Shown here piece after piece: positions 1-13,974 of a stretch of DNA of 64,000 bases. The position numbers and the translations under genes are program-made. The DNA is from Podarcis vaucheri (Eukaryota): assembly GCA_965113315.1 (NCBI GenBank), contig OZ220363.1; one strand, given 5' to 3'. The notes under the pieces are model-generated. The model had not been told where the DNA came from, searched no databases, and worked only from the letters and a program-made list of their open reading frames with translations. Numbering within the stretch: position 1 is the stretch's first letter; every line of letters starts with the position of its first letter.

Positions 1-787
1 CGTACAGAAATATCTGTAAAATCTGATGCATGGAAGGCTGTTTCTATTCTTCAGGACATTGCTTAGAGAATACAATGCCACCGTGACCACTTTTGCATGG
101 GGGAAAACAATTTGATATCTGGAAGAAAAGTGCCCAAACAGTCAAAAGTTCTTGGCACTGAGCAAACCTATGGTGGGTGTATTCACCTACTTAGGGGTGA
201 GGCATGTCACTGGATGATTGCTGGGGAGGGAAGGAAGTTTTTCCTGCAGTTGCCTATTCTACTCTTACTAAGTAGATAAACATTTCAGGCTGTAGTCATA
301 TTTCATCAGAAAAGTATATTAAGATGATTTTTTTAAGGGTGGTATGAATGTTAGCCATGTTGTTCATGCTTTCTGCTCTACACACATGTATGAGCAGCCT
401 TTTTCCTGAAGCTAAATTATTTGACAGTTACACAGACTTTTTTTTTTTAATGATCCAAGCAAGATCCACTGCCAAACCTTTGCTAAGTATGCCTGAATGG
501 CACCATTTAAAGGATTTTAAGTGCTATGTTATCTGAGGTCGTAGCTCTAGGCTGTACCGTGTGGGTGGGGAGCAGAGGAAGGACAGGACCACATAGGGAG
601 ACAGATGCAAACTGCTGCAGAACTAAGCTAGCTGCATTTTCCCTCTCTCTTACCTTGCACCCAAGAGCACCTAAAAGCCCAGTCCTCAACTCTATTTACC
701 AAGAAGTAAGATTAACAGATTACAGTGGGGCTACCTTCCATGTAAACGTGCTTAGAATTGTAACCAAATCTGAGTGGCTTTAAAGGG

Positions 788-1285
788 CGTGTTTATTCGA
801 TATACCATCAAAAGAAGAGTCAAATATGTAGAGGCAGTACGTTTCCAAAATTAGAACAGCATGCATTAAACGCTGAAATGAACTCTTCCTTTCCAGCTAA
901 TTGTATTTTACTGAAAGTGACAAGTGGGCCCCTCGATGGGTAGAAAGCTGAGGAATGGGATAGTGGGCTGAAAGGGGAGCAAGTAGCTAGCTTACATTAG
1001 CCCCATCAGTCCTTTTATCACCCTCCCGGTGCTTATAATATTGAAAGACATGTTTATTCACGGTATCATCAAAAGGAGAGTCACATGGGTAGACAGTGTG
1101 TTCCAAAAAGTAGAACAATGTGTGTTCTGTTGCGCTGGTCTCTCCCTTTCCAGTTAATTGTGCTTAACAGGATGTGGGAATCGCCCCCTTGACTGGTAGA
1201 AAGCTGAAAGACTGGCTAAATGGGCTGACTGGGAAGCAAGCTACTAACTTCTTATATTGGCACTCTCGCTCCTTTTATAAATCTC
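788..1285. repeat. Degenerate tandem duplication, two units of about 250-260 bp
   Basis: catcaaaagaagagtca...ttccaaaattagaaca...ccagctaattgt...ggtagaaagctga recurs as catcaaaaggagagtca...ttccaaaaagtagaaca...ccagttaattgt...ggtagaaagctga. Confidence 0.8.
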
Positions 1286-1402
1286 TGGGTGACTGTAATG
1301 TTAATGTCTTCTGGCAAGCAGCTCCTTTCAATTACTTCACTATTTTTTTGAGCTTTCTTTGTTCGTCGACAGTCACTTCGGTCAAGTATTTGTTAAGGTT
1401 AA

Positions 1403-1480
1403 GATGGATAGCTCAGCTGGTTAAGCATGACACTCTTAGTCTCAAGGTCGTGGGCGTGAGCCCCACGTTGGGCAAAAGAC
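1403..1480 (+). mobile_element. tRNA-Lys(CTT)-derived SINE head, truncated
   Basis: ggatagctcagctggttaagcatgacactcttagtctcaaggtcgtgggcgtgagccccacgttgggca resembles tRNA-Lys-CTT with a damaged T-loop. Confidence 0.65.
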
Positions 1481-3221
1481 CACAGTCATGGACCTAACTT
1501 AGACATGTTTATTAATGTCAATGGGTCTACTCAGAGTAAAAGCTAGCAGAATACTACTCCCTGCCCGCACTGTGTGTCAGCCACGATCTACAGAAGTGGG
1601 GAAAGACAGGCTTAGCCTCGGATCCAGGTTCTTTCATGTGGCGGCATTGGTTGTGATTGCTGCGGCAGCCAGGGGCGTTCTGAGACGGGGGCAGCATGCC
1701 CTGGGTGTCATTCCAAACGGGTGGAGACAAAATGCCAACCTCTGATTGGCAGCACCTCCCAGGGCACGCACCGCTCACCACACCCCCGAAGTGTACGCCA
1801 CACCCCCGGGACGCGCACTATGCCCCCCATGGGTGGCGTGCCATGCCTCCTGGGACCAGGAGCAGGTTGCTCCGCCTCTGACAGCAGCTGTAGACTGTAG
1901 ACTACCTGTTTCCCCAGCTCCACCTCCAGCCTGCATGCTTGGCTGGGCTGTGGATATGATGGTTGTCACAACCCCTTCTCTTGGGTTGCATCTGTGGTAA
2001 GGGTTAGAGTTGAGCCGTTAGCTTTCATTGGCATTTACTCACAGGTCAGCGTGTCTGCAGCCCTATGCAAGTGGCAGCCCAACAAATAAAAGTTGCATTT
2101 CGACCCCTTTTTAACTCCAGAATTTTACTTATTAAAATAAAAGAACCCCTTGCTGTACGTACCATCTTATGAACCTTCTTAAGAGAGACATTAGGCCAAA
2201 TGGCTAAACTTCTTTCTTCTGGGCCTATGAATCTGGCAATCTATACAACCATGTTTCCTGTTTTATCTGATCACGTATACAATTTTACCTGTATGTAAGG
2301 AAAAGGCTTCTTGGATCCTTTCTAGCAAAGATGTTAGATTCTGCTTGGTGGCCAACAGAGGCCCTTAGATATCATGTGCACTCTTACTGCCAGTCTACAC
2401 AATAGCTTTCATTTCTTACATTAGTTTTCATACTGGTGGCTGCAGAATCCTGGAGTGCTTTCCAGGGTCCCTCAACAAGGAAAACAACTTCCTTGGCTTA
2501 TCAGTTCACCTGCAGGGACAGTGATGTACAACAGGCTCAGCATTCTGTATGAACTGAGTATCACCCTTTAACTCTTCCAAGAATCCTGTGCAATCCTTAC
2601 CTGTCAACATGAAACCCTCCTTGAAGCTCAAAAAGTTGAGAATTGTGGTTTTAGAAAAATCCAAGAATAACAGTACTTGCCTCCTGCAGGTAGACATACC
2701 TGTCAACAGTGGCAGCCAGTGAGGTCGTTTGTTAGGAGGGGAAATACTATTGCTGGTGGTTGCAAAGCAGTAGAGGGAGAAAGGGAATTTCCACTTTCAC
2801 CTTCTGGCACCAGGAACTGGAGGTAGGGATTGGTCTGGGCCCTAGACATTTGGTTGCCTGAGGGAACTGGAAATGCGCCAGCAAGCTGGGTTACATAATA
2901 TCCATTATTAAGATATTTTGACATGTGAGACTGAATATTCTACAAGCATCTCTCCCTTTCTGACTGCAGAAATAGAATAAAAAAATGAAATAGCTAACCA
3001 CTTGTTGCCATTTCATGAGGGACAGCTGTTTACTCTGTCTAATGTTAGGGCCAGATGGTGCAGTTGCTGAATGGATAATTCCTCAGATTTGAGTGCAGGG
3101 TGCTGACGTCAGCAGGGGTAACTCCACTCTGTAACTCTGCACTTGCATATGACTGACAGTGGGACTTCCCACCTCCTCCGGTGCCTAATGGTAAAGCTCT
3201 AGCACAACTTTTAATATTATA

Positions 3222-3418
3222 CAGTGGTACCTCTGGTTACGAACTTAATTCGATCTGGAGGTCTGTTCTTAACCTGAGGTACCATTTTAGCTAATGGGAC
3301 CTCCTGCTGCCGCCACGCCACCGCTGCACAATTTCTGTTCTCATCCTGAGGTAAAGTTCTTAACTTCCGGGATAGCGGAGTCTGTAACCCGAGGTGTTTG
3401 TAACCCGAGGTACCACTG
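3222..3418. mobile_element. Tc1/mariner(Tigger)-like MITE
   Basis: TIRs cagtggtacctc...gaggtaccactg flanked by TA; related copies at 5874 and 43060. Confidence 0.8.
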
Positions 3419-5873
3419 TACTGTGCAAGAGTTAAATTTGCACTCGCCTTCTATTGGATCCCACACATTGTGGTAGTAGTAGTGATAATAATCATAATCA
3501 TAATATACAGCCTTCTATTTCAAGAATAAATGTTTTCCAAATAGGCTTACAGGGAACTCAATAGAAGCCATTGTCTCAATGATTTTCATCACCTGCCTAG
3601 CATAGGTACTGGGTAAACAGTTAAATGGCAATGCGCCTCTAGGGGAAGGGCTGTAGCTGAGTGGTAGAACTTCTGCTTTGCCTGAAGAGGGTCCCAGGTT
3701 CAAGGGCAGGAATTTACCTTTTCCTCTGTTCCCACATGATTTCTGCTAGCAGTTTTACCTAGCAAGCCACTTTATCAGCTGCTTCTGCCTGTCAGCTTTT
3801 GAAAATTCAACAGGGTGAGTTTGACTCATTCCTAAGACTTGATGTCTGTGGCCCTTTGCCCCGGAATAATTGAAGAAAAGACAAGCAGGTATGGTTTTGT
3901 AATCTTTGCCTTTATTCAAGCCATCTCCCTAAAATCAAGATAGTAAGAAACTGTGATACTTGAAGGGTGAGCAATGACTGTCAACTTACTATGGTGTTTA
4001 ATTCTAAACTATGCGTCTCCTGCTTAATTGGCAAGCAAAGGGAATAATTAAGTAATTAGCAGTTAACTACTTAAAAATAAAGTCCTGCTAGACCTTCCTA
4101 CAAGACCTTGAAGCTGAACTATTTAGCAGCTCCAGTATAGGAAATATCTTCATCCACAAACAAACAAATCTGCACAGCTTGCAAGAGTTTTCAGACTGCC
4201 ATAATTTGCTTTGAGCTAGCACTTTATTCCATTTCCTGTGACTTTAACAGGTGCAGGTTAATTAGAAATTCAGTCGATGCAACTCCCACCCCCAAATATA
4301 CAGCAAGAGAAATTGGAGGCTGGGCTTTTTTATTCTGGCAAGATCAAAATACCTCCATGTCCTGCTTGTTTGTGGACTTCCTGTAGGCATCTTGTTGGCT
4401 GTTGTGAGAACACGATATGGTACATGGGACCGAGGACTCTTGTTTTGATCCAGCAGGGCTCTTCGTATGTTACGGAGTCCAATAAGTAATTTAACATTTT
4501 GTCTGCTTTTGTCCAGAGTATCAAATGGAAGGGACTGGTTGACGTGGAGATGAACTAGAGAGCCCTGTATCTAATAAGAATTAATGGAATTTCAAGCTGC
4601 GTATCAAAGCCTTAGTGTTGTTAAGACAAGTTTAAGACAAGGGCCTGTATTGTAGTTACAGGGGAGGAAAGCCTAACTTGTGTTGACTCCCAGACATTTT
4701 TGCACATTCTGGGACATTGGTATGTACTTGTAGCCACTGACTTTTTATTATGGTTCCTGTCGGTATACCAGGAATTAAATCAAGCCTGCATTGGGCATGC
4801 ATGACTGACTCAGTGTGCACTAGAACAGGTGGAAGTCAGTGTGACCAAAGCTTTTCCCACAGCTGCATACAGTGCCTTAGTGATGAGAATAAATCCTGAT
4901 GTGACAGTCCCTGATAACGACAGGCCTGGTCTCACCAAGGCTGCCAAAACTCCATCATTTTGCTTTGTTTCCAATAAGGTCTTCAGCAATAACCCTTCAG
5001 TTGCAGGAAATTCTGCTGTTCTCAGAGCCTTTGTAATGTTTTAAAGATGACAGAATTCTCAAGATAATAATCAGCTCCATGAAAATATGTAGGAATTTTG
5101 GCTTGCTTAAGAGCTTCTGCTTTTGCTTGCTGCATTTCAAAGCCACACATTTCCGCAGGGTGCTCAAGCACATTTTTTTAGATTATTAATAAGATGTGAA
5201 TGTAGTAAAATGGTTAGCGTAATCTGCATTGTTCCCTTAATCATTCATGATGCCGCTATGACTGGCAGCTTAGCAGAAAGAACAAATATAACTGTTGGCT
5301 GATTTTGCTAACTTTGCTATCTGACTAAATTGCCTGGTGAATTAACTCTTCCCCTTTCATTGAGCAAACTGCATGTGTGATTTCAGCAAGACAAAATCAA
5401 CTTTGCACAGACGCTTTAGGAAGTACCTCCTGCAGACTTGAATGCCTTGCATTCCCACTGCATAGTAAAAAGGACACACAGCATTTTTTAATGACTGGTA
5501 ACCTATTTTTGAATATCCACTAGATTTAGAAATTCTGCCTCTGTTCCATTGCCATCTAGACCTTTCAAGTCATTCTTCGAATGGAGTTCGTAGATGATGG
5601 CTTGTATACAACAAAGTTGTCCTGTTTGCACAAAGACTCCTGCTTGCTCAATGAAACTTTCCCTCCCTCTCCTCTCCCTATGTGCCCCCCCTAAATATGC
5701 TCTGGAAGCTTGGGGGGAAACTCAGAACAGATTTTGGGGAGCTCAGAGGGATGACAGACATGGGAGATACCATCATACATGTGCGTATCCTTGTGTGAAT
5801 AGAATTACTTTCTTTGATACAACCCAAACTATTTATCTACTTCTCACAGAAACGATAGATAAAAATATTAGTA

Positions 5874-6115
5874 CACTGGTACCTCGGGTTGCATACACTT
5901 CAGGTTACATACGCTTCAGGTTACAGACTCCGCTAACCCAGAAATAGTGCTTCAGGTTAAGAACTTTGCTTCAGGATGAGAACAGAAATCGTGCTCCGGC
6001 GGCACGGCAGCAGCAGGAGGCCCCATTAGCTAAAGTGGTGCTTCAGGTTAAGAACAGTTTCAGGTTAAGTACGGACCTCCAGAACGGATTAAGTACTTAA
6101 CCTGAGGTACCACTG
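5874..6115. mobile_element. Tc1/mariner(Tigger)-like MITE, same family
   Basis: ta|cactggtacctc...gaggtaccactg|ta; internal cttcaggtta repeats. Confidence 0.8.
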
Positions 6116-7036
6116 TACATCCAAAGATGAAAGTAAACATTGTGGGAGTCATTGTACCTGCATTTGGATTTGCTCCCATATAATTCCCTCCTGATTTGGG
6201 TAGGGTTATTGCTTTATTATAGTGATGTTTCCCCACGTGTGGTTTTTAGGAAAGATCAGAGATGTCTTGTGTTGTTGTGCTTTCTAATGGCAGAGTTGGA
6301 TTTGTGTCTCAGTCCACAAACCTTAGCACAGAGCAGCAAGGTGCATACACAAAGCTGGCAATGTCCAGGGCTCCCCAAACCACAAGAGCCCTGACTGAGC
6401 ACCCAGAGAGCAGCAGGTGATGGAGGCCGTAGCAGACAGGCCCTGCATCAGCATCTCGGCCAACAAGGGCACGCTGGGACTGTCACTCGCCGCCACCACC
6501 ACGGCATCCTTTCCTTCTTTTATTTAACATCCTTTTATCGTTAGGCAGCAGCCAAGCATGTCCATGGTTACAGATGCTCATGCTATTTTTACTTTAAATA
6601 TATATTAGTCTTTGTCTACAACAAAATGGTGCCGAATCTCGAGTTTATCATCAGGGCAGTAGAAGCACAGTACGTTTTCTTTCTGTAGTCATGATGATGC
6701 TAATTAAATGAGTTCTTTAAAATGGGAAATGGCACATATTCAAAGTACTTCTTTTTTTATTAGGGTTGGCAAACTGCTTTTTGTTTAATTTTTGCTCTAA
6801 CATACCAAGGATACAAAAGCTCTTGTAAAGCAATGGAATGGAGATGGGGGAAGAAGCAAGAAGTAATTGTGTACTGCAGTAACACAGAGCTATGTAAATG
6901 TGTTTGTGCAAGGTTGCTGAAGACAATAAAGTCCAGAAGAAATTTAGAAGGGGGATTTCAAGCTCAGAGTTTGCACTGCTTATGTAGCAGGCAACTTTAC
7001 ACCTGAATTTGCAGCCCCGTATTTTGATTCTTTCAG

Positions 7037-7199
7037 ATTCAAACGGTCACCAAGAAAGTGCTTGTCCCTCAAGAGATCGATGAACCAGCCAATGCAACAG
7101 ACTCCATCTTTGACATGTTGAATGAAACAGAAGTGACGCCAGAACCTCAGCTAATCATTAAGAAAGGCCTCGAATTTAAGGATGGCATGAATGTCTTAG
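7037..7199 (+). CDS. SLC1A2: SLC1A2 (EAAT2/GLT-1) exon 5 homologue, extracellular loop [54 protein letters not shown]
   Basis: tttcag acceptor, G|gtatgg donor. Resembles mammalian EAAT2 [10 protein letters not shown]...NAT...NET...[15 protein letters not shown], with both N-glycosylation sequons kept. Confidence 0.96.
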
Positions 7200-8070
7200 G
7201 TATGGAAACACTTTTAGTGTATGTGTGCTTCACGGTTATTATTGTATCAATATTGTGCATTGTTTTGAATATATTGTTATCTTGTCATAACCCACCCTGG
7301 GACCTTAAGGTAAGAACGCTAACTAAATGATTAAATGTTTTATTGCATTCGTATTATATATGCTGTAAAATGCCTTCAGACTTTTTAATTTAAAATATAT
7401 GTAAAGCAATATTCAAGTCCAATAAATCATATCACATATCCTTTACATATACTCACATTTACATATTCATTTTTGCATATCCTCCTCTGTTTATCTGTAT
7501 GGTTGCAGGTGATTCCAAATCTGTTCAGTCACTGAGCATTTACACACATATACAGATGAATGCTTATCCATCTAAAAGCGGCATATGTTTATATCATTTG
7601 GTCATCGTGACAATCTTTTATATTATGATAGATTTTTTAGGAGATAAAATAAGAACAGTACATGCTTGAGTTTTCCTAGGAACACTGTTCTTCCTAGCAT
7701 GGGGCAGGACTGACTTATAGGCCAAAACACCTGAAGAGCATCAAGTCATCATATAACAGGTTACTGCAAGATATTAATAGTTGTATCACATGCATCACTT
7801 GTGCAAGGGAAATTTGCCATTATCTTTTCCCCACTCTGTTCCTTGTGCCCCCCCCAAAAAAAAACTTCTCCTGAGAGTAGAATAACACTTAGGGCCCTTC
7901 CAGACCGGTGTTTTACTGGGGGCGTATTCTGCAACATGTTCATGACACAAAAATAGTCTGAACTGACTTGAAGCCTGATTTAGTAAGGTTTATTTATTTA
8001 TATTTTAATTAATTAATAAGATTGCAGGAGTGTGGGTGCTTCGTTTTGACAGAGCCTCAGTAGCGTTTAA

Positions 8071-8220
<150 letters not shown>

Positions 8221-10387
8221 TGAGTCAAAGTCATCATCTGCCAAGACACGCTAAATCCAGTTGTATTCTGGACATCATTTTGTAGCTTTTCTGTAATTTC
8301 TGCATGACCTACCTCACTATATTGGTCTGAAGCTACAGCACTTATTTCGATTGTTTGCTTTTCACAGTTGTATCCTGCCCTTAGCCCACAAAGCTCAGAA
8401 TGGCATAAACAGGAGTTTTTTCCCCCCAACAGCTAGGCAGCCGGAACAGAATGTGTGAGGTTGGACCAAACTCAACCTGGGGAATTAATGGGATGCTGAG
8501 AGATTTGAGTTGAGGTCTTGTCAGTTCAAGTTCAGATGTGCCACACCACACCTCATTTGGTCAGAGAATCAAATGAGGCTGTTGCTATGTTTTTGCATAT
8601 TTAATTTACTGTGGATGCTCGGGGCTTTCTTCTATCAGAACACACTGGATTAGCCTCAGAAGAACTTGATCTTCGCACAGCCACTGTCCCTGCATCACTG
8701 CTGGGACCGATTCCTAATACGATACATCAACAGAAGGCTTACCTTCAACCCATGACTCTTGTTCATTTGCATAGAAGAGAACATTTAGTCTATGGAGACA
8801 CATTCCTTTATTTCATATCCAAAGGGACATTCTTTCCTATTATTTATGGCTACTCTCTTAGGAAAAGATCCACCCCCTCCAGCAGCTTTGGTGATTTATG
8901 AAACTCTTGTGAACACCATAATGACATAAAACAAAATTGGGCATCTGCTAAGGATGTTTCATAACCCTTATTTAAGGATTATCCTCAGTGACCATTTCAG
9001 GAAGCAGACTGCCTGGCACCTGAGAAAACTGTGCAAAATGGGGATTGTGCGAAGCTCATAGAAGCTCCTGATTGATTTGCTGCTTCTGGGCAATGCTTGG
9101 ATGGTTCATGAGAAGGTCAGATGGAGAGCAGACATTCCTTTTTTAAAAAAGCCCAGTTCCAGTTTTGCTTCCTAAATCTATCTCTCTATAAAAAATTAAG
9201 TTTCAGATTGCAAAAAAAAAAGAAAGTTAATATAGAGCATAAGAGTGGAGATTCCTTTAAGCCACCTGCTGCTCAGCAAAATTAATCATCATCAACGATA
9301 AATAAAGCTCTCTCTGACACAGTAACCCTTGTTGGTGGGTAGGCACCAGAAATTGCTTGGGAGCCTGGATATAGCCCACAGGACATGGGGTAGCCACTCC
9401 TGCTTCAAGGCCATTGTTGAAACCTTCACCTCTATTCCTGTCTGCATGGAATCCCAGCTGGAAGCTTCTCAGTAGCTTGAGTTCTGGGTATGGGCAGGGC
9501 CAGTGAGTCTCTTTGTGGGAGGTCTGGCAAGCCACCCATTCGCTAAGTGGTGTCATTATGAACTGCTGGAGGGGATGGATCATAGGAAAGAAAACAACCA
9601 AACAAAAGGCTTGCTTCTACGATATTATCAGCATGCATTAGGTTTGTCAGCAAGCAAGGTTTCGGCTGGTCTGCAAAACATTTTACTATCTGGGCACAAG
9701 CAATGTACTGGCACAAGCAATGAAAAGCTCAGCTGAGTCAGTTAACCATCCTAACTGCCTGGCAAAAGCCACCACTAGACTTTCAGGAATTGTAAGGCTT
9801 TCTCTGGTCCAAGAAATTATCAGGACTCTAATAATACAGTACTGCTTCTGTCGTAGCCACTCTCACAGTGCTTATCTATTAGGGGTGGAGAATTTTTTCC
9901 CCTTCTATCAAGAGCCCTTGACACACAGAATAAATCAGCTACTGCTACCAGCACCCCCTGCACACAAAGGGGAAAATGCATCTGTCCTGTCTCAAAAGGG
10001 CTTTAAAATTTGGCAGTTTGTGCTGACGGAAAGCCAGCCTATTTGCACTTTCACCTCTGAAGGCACAGATCAGTTTTCAAACGTGCCAATCCTCAGGCAG
10101 AAGAGCTTTGAAGATGCTCTGGTGGCTGAGAGCCACCCCCATCTGCTTCTTCAAAGGTAAAAATGGATCTGGTCCCCTATCAGCCAGTCAATTTCAAAGC
10201 TGTCCTCAAGACTGTGGACTGAATCCAGCCAACAGGATAGTGCTAGTTCAGTCAGTTTCTGCAGCATAGGGCCATGCAGCCCCTGGTCCCATCATTCAAT
10301 AGTGGGGGTGTTTGGGGCTGAAAGGTTTTCCATCAAAAGGTGATAATTTAAAGCTACATGGTATAGCTTTATCAGCTGCCTTTATGA

Positions 10388-10699
<312 letters not shown>

Positions 10700-12193
10700 T
10701 GAAATGCAAAGTTAGCAACACGTTCAGGGCCATTATAAATACTTTGCTAACCAGACTTACTCAGCTGAATGTGTGTGGATTAGCAATACCTGTGAGCTGA
10801 TCAATTAACCTAAAAATGAAGAAAAGGTGTAAACTGGATTTCACGTGCCCACAAACTCAAACCTGGTTCATAGCATTAACTGCTGTGATTGCAGCTACTT
10901 GGTTCAGATGACACCTGTTCCCTCAGGGATTGCCTGCAGGAATTGGGGGCTGGGTGAAAGTCTTCTCCAGGGCTGGCCTAGACCATATAAGGCTGCTTTG
11001 GAAGTATCATTTTCAGGGCTTTTTTCCCAGCCCTGAACTGAGTTCTGGAACCCCCTCAGGTGGTGCCATTGCCACTCTAAGAGAATGAGGGAGGTGTTCA
11101 TGGTGAGTTCTGGCACCTCTTTTTCTAGAAAAATAGCACTGGTCATTTTACCATATGACATCTAAATGCCTTGTTAGTCCATTCACAACTTGGATGGACA
11201 ATTCGTATGATGAGGGATTCATCTCATATAAGATTACAAAGGTGAATGGAGATCATTCATGACAGAAATCCTTCCATAAGCCCAGCACCCCAGGCCTAGA
11301 TCACCCGCCCTAAATCCAGTCCTAGACTTGTCTTTAGCACCAATAACTGCTGGGTCTTTTCTAGTTTTCCTCTTCAGAAGTCTGACATATCTTTCCAATC
11401 AGGCAAGGCTTTCCACTTTTAGTCATGATCTTCTCTGCTTTTCCAGCAGAACCTTCTCAGGTTTCAGACATATGCCCCCACCCCCCACCCCAGTTAACAG
11501 GAGGCTGTCATCTCCCTCTCTTCCCAAGGGACCTCTGCCAACTGACCTCTCCTTCTCTGAGTTCTTTAGTCCCTATGACAACTAGGAGTAGTTATGTTAT
11601 TAGAAATCATATCAGAGTTTTTAAAAATACTGTACAATAGCATGCATGGGGGGGTGTTCTTCTGAACATGGGGGTGTGAGGTTTAATTGTTTCCTCCCCA
11701 GCTGCATTCCCAACAAAAAAATTTCCTGTAACTATGAACCTTAAAAACTAAAGATCTTATTGGAGCCAAAGTGAGATTTTGCTTTGTGGCTCATTGCCAT
11801 ATGCGAGGGGTACGGTTTTTGTTGGAACTGTAATTAAGGAGGTAAGGGTTGCTGTGCTTCAGATGAAATATTCCATCATGCCTGCTATCAATTTTGGGTT
11901 GTTTAAACAAATTATCTGCCTTGGTTTCTAATGGCACATGTTGTCACATCTGGTTTTACCTGCATTCAACAACTGTCAAAATATATACATCTACAGGGGC
12001 ATGCACAAGCTTTGATCAAAACACTGTGCATAGGCAATTTTTACAATCATAGAATTTATACGCTTCCATCAGTTCCAGGACGGATGAGGCAGAAGTTGAA
12101 CTGTGGACAGACAGAGACCTGGTGAATGTGTGTGTAAGATGCCTAGTTGCTCCCCCAGAGTGTCAATAGAGCTATCTGTCCCAGGAAGTCTGA

Positions 12194-12463
<270 letters not shown>

Positions 12464-12762
12464 TGAACATTACAGACCTTGCCTATTGCAAAGAAGTTTA
12501 AAGTTGTGAGCCTCCATTGTAATAAACAGTGAAAAGCCTTGGCTGCTTTTGCCAGTTCCCAGGTAGAGCATCATGTATTGCAGCCTACATGGGAATTACA
12601 CAGTTTTCTACATGAAGTAATTTCTGTGTAGGGATTTGTAAGACATGAAAGCAGACCTTGATTTCTGTCTATAACCTGGTTTCAGAGGCAGTGCTAATGT
12701 GTTGTGTAGAGATTTTCATTGTACTTGATTATAAATAATGGAAAATAAATATACTCAAGTTA

Positions 12763-13540
12763 AAAGGTAAAGGTACCCCTGCCCGTACGGGCCAGTCGTG
12801 TCTGACTCTAGGGTTGTGTGCCCATCTCACTTAAGAGGCCGGGGGCCAGCGCTGTCCGGAGACACTTCCGGGTCACGTGGCCAGCGTGACGAAGCTGCTC
12901 TGGCGAGCCAGCACCAGCGCAGCACACGGAAACGCCGTTTACCTTCCCGCTATGAGCGGTACCTATTTGTCTACTTGCACTTAGGGGTGCTTTCGAACTG
13001 CTAGGTGGTGTTAGGTAGATTTATTGCTTTATTGTTCGGCGCCCAGCCATGCTTCCCCTGGGAGCCTCTGTAGCTTCTGTTTACGGAGGGTGGCTTTGTA
13101 GCGGTCGTAAAGCAATTAGCAGATAGCAAAGTTGCACAGCGGTTGTGTGTTTGAAAGAGCAGTAAACAAGTCCCACACGTTTCTTCTGTCCTAATATCAC
13201 TTTATTTGCTCAAAAGTAGCATATTTACAATCAATAACTTCCATCAGAATCAAGCTGCATCTTCTCCCTCTGTTTGCAGCTACGCAACAAAGCTGCTTTC
13301 ACTTTGCACTCAGCTCACAGCATTCCAAGCTGCTTTCCTCACGTCCTGGCTTATTTCCCTTGTAAGCGCCTCCCCTCAGCCTCGAGACACAGAAGGTTAA
13401 CCCTTCACTACACCCAACAGGTGTGCAGGAGCTGGGACCGAAAGACGGGAGCTCACCCCGCCACGGGGATTCAAACCGCCGACCATGCGATCGGCAAGTC
13501 CTAGGCACTGAGGTTTTACCCACAGCGCCACCCGTGTCCC
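12763..13540 (-). mobile_element. Sauria-type SINE interrupted by a nested LTR-like insertion
   Basis: (ACCTTT)n tail read as aaaggtaaaggt on +; body collinear with the copy at 42553-42905; TSD atactcaagtta at 12751-12762 and 13541-13552. Confidence 0.85.
13009..13419 (-). mobile_element. Solo LTR-like element nested in the SINE
   Basis: TG...CA ends with terminal inverted repeat tgttaggt/acccaaca (7/8), flanks ggtgg/ggtgt (degenerate 5-bp TSD), double AATAAA on the - strand. Confidence 0.7.
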
Positions 13541-13830
13541 ATACTCAAGTTAGCATGAGTTAAATGAATCACATATTGCTTTAATCAAAAATCATTAAAT
13601 AAGAGTGCTTATGGAAAACAAATGATATTTTTTTTGCAAAATCAAAAGACTGGTGTGTTAATAAAACTACTTTAAACTCAGTCAAAATCTTCTAAATTAC
13701 AATATTAGAGGCTGCACTGAAATAACAGGGAATGTGTTCCTACAGAAGTTGGAGTGATCAAGCAGTTCCCATATTTGTAAGAGAAACACTAACTAAGAGA
13801 AGGCCCAACTAAACAAGTGGATGTGTTTAA

Positions 13831-13974
<144 letters not shown>

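Noticed and set aside
1403-1480. tRNA-Lys(CTT) gene
   Set aside because: T-loop GTTCGA is replaced by GCGTGA, stems are disrupted and it continues into a SINE-like aaaaga. Treated as a SINE head.
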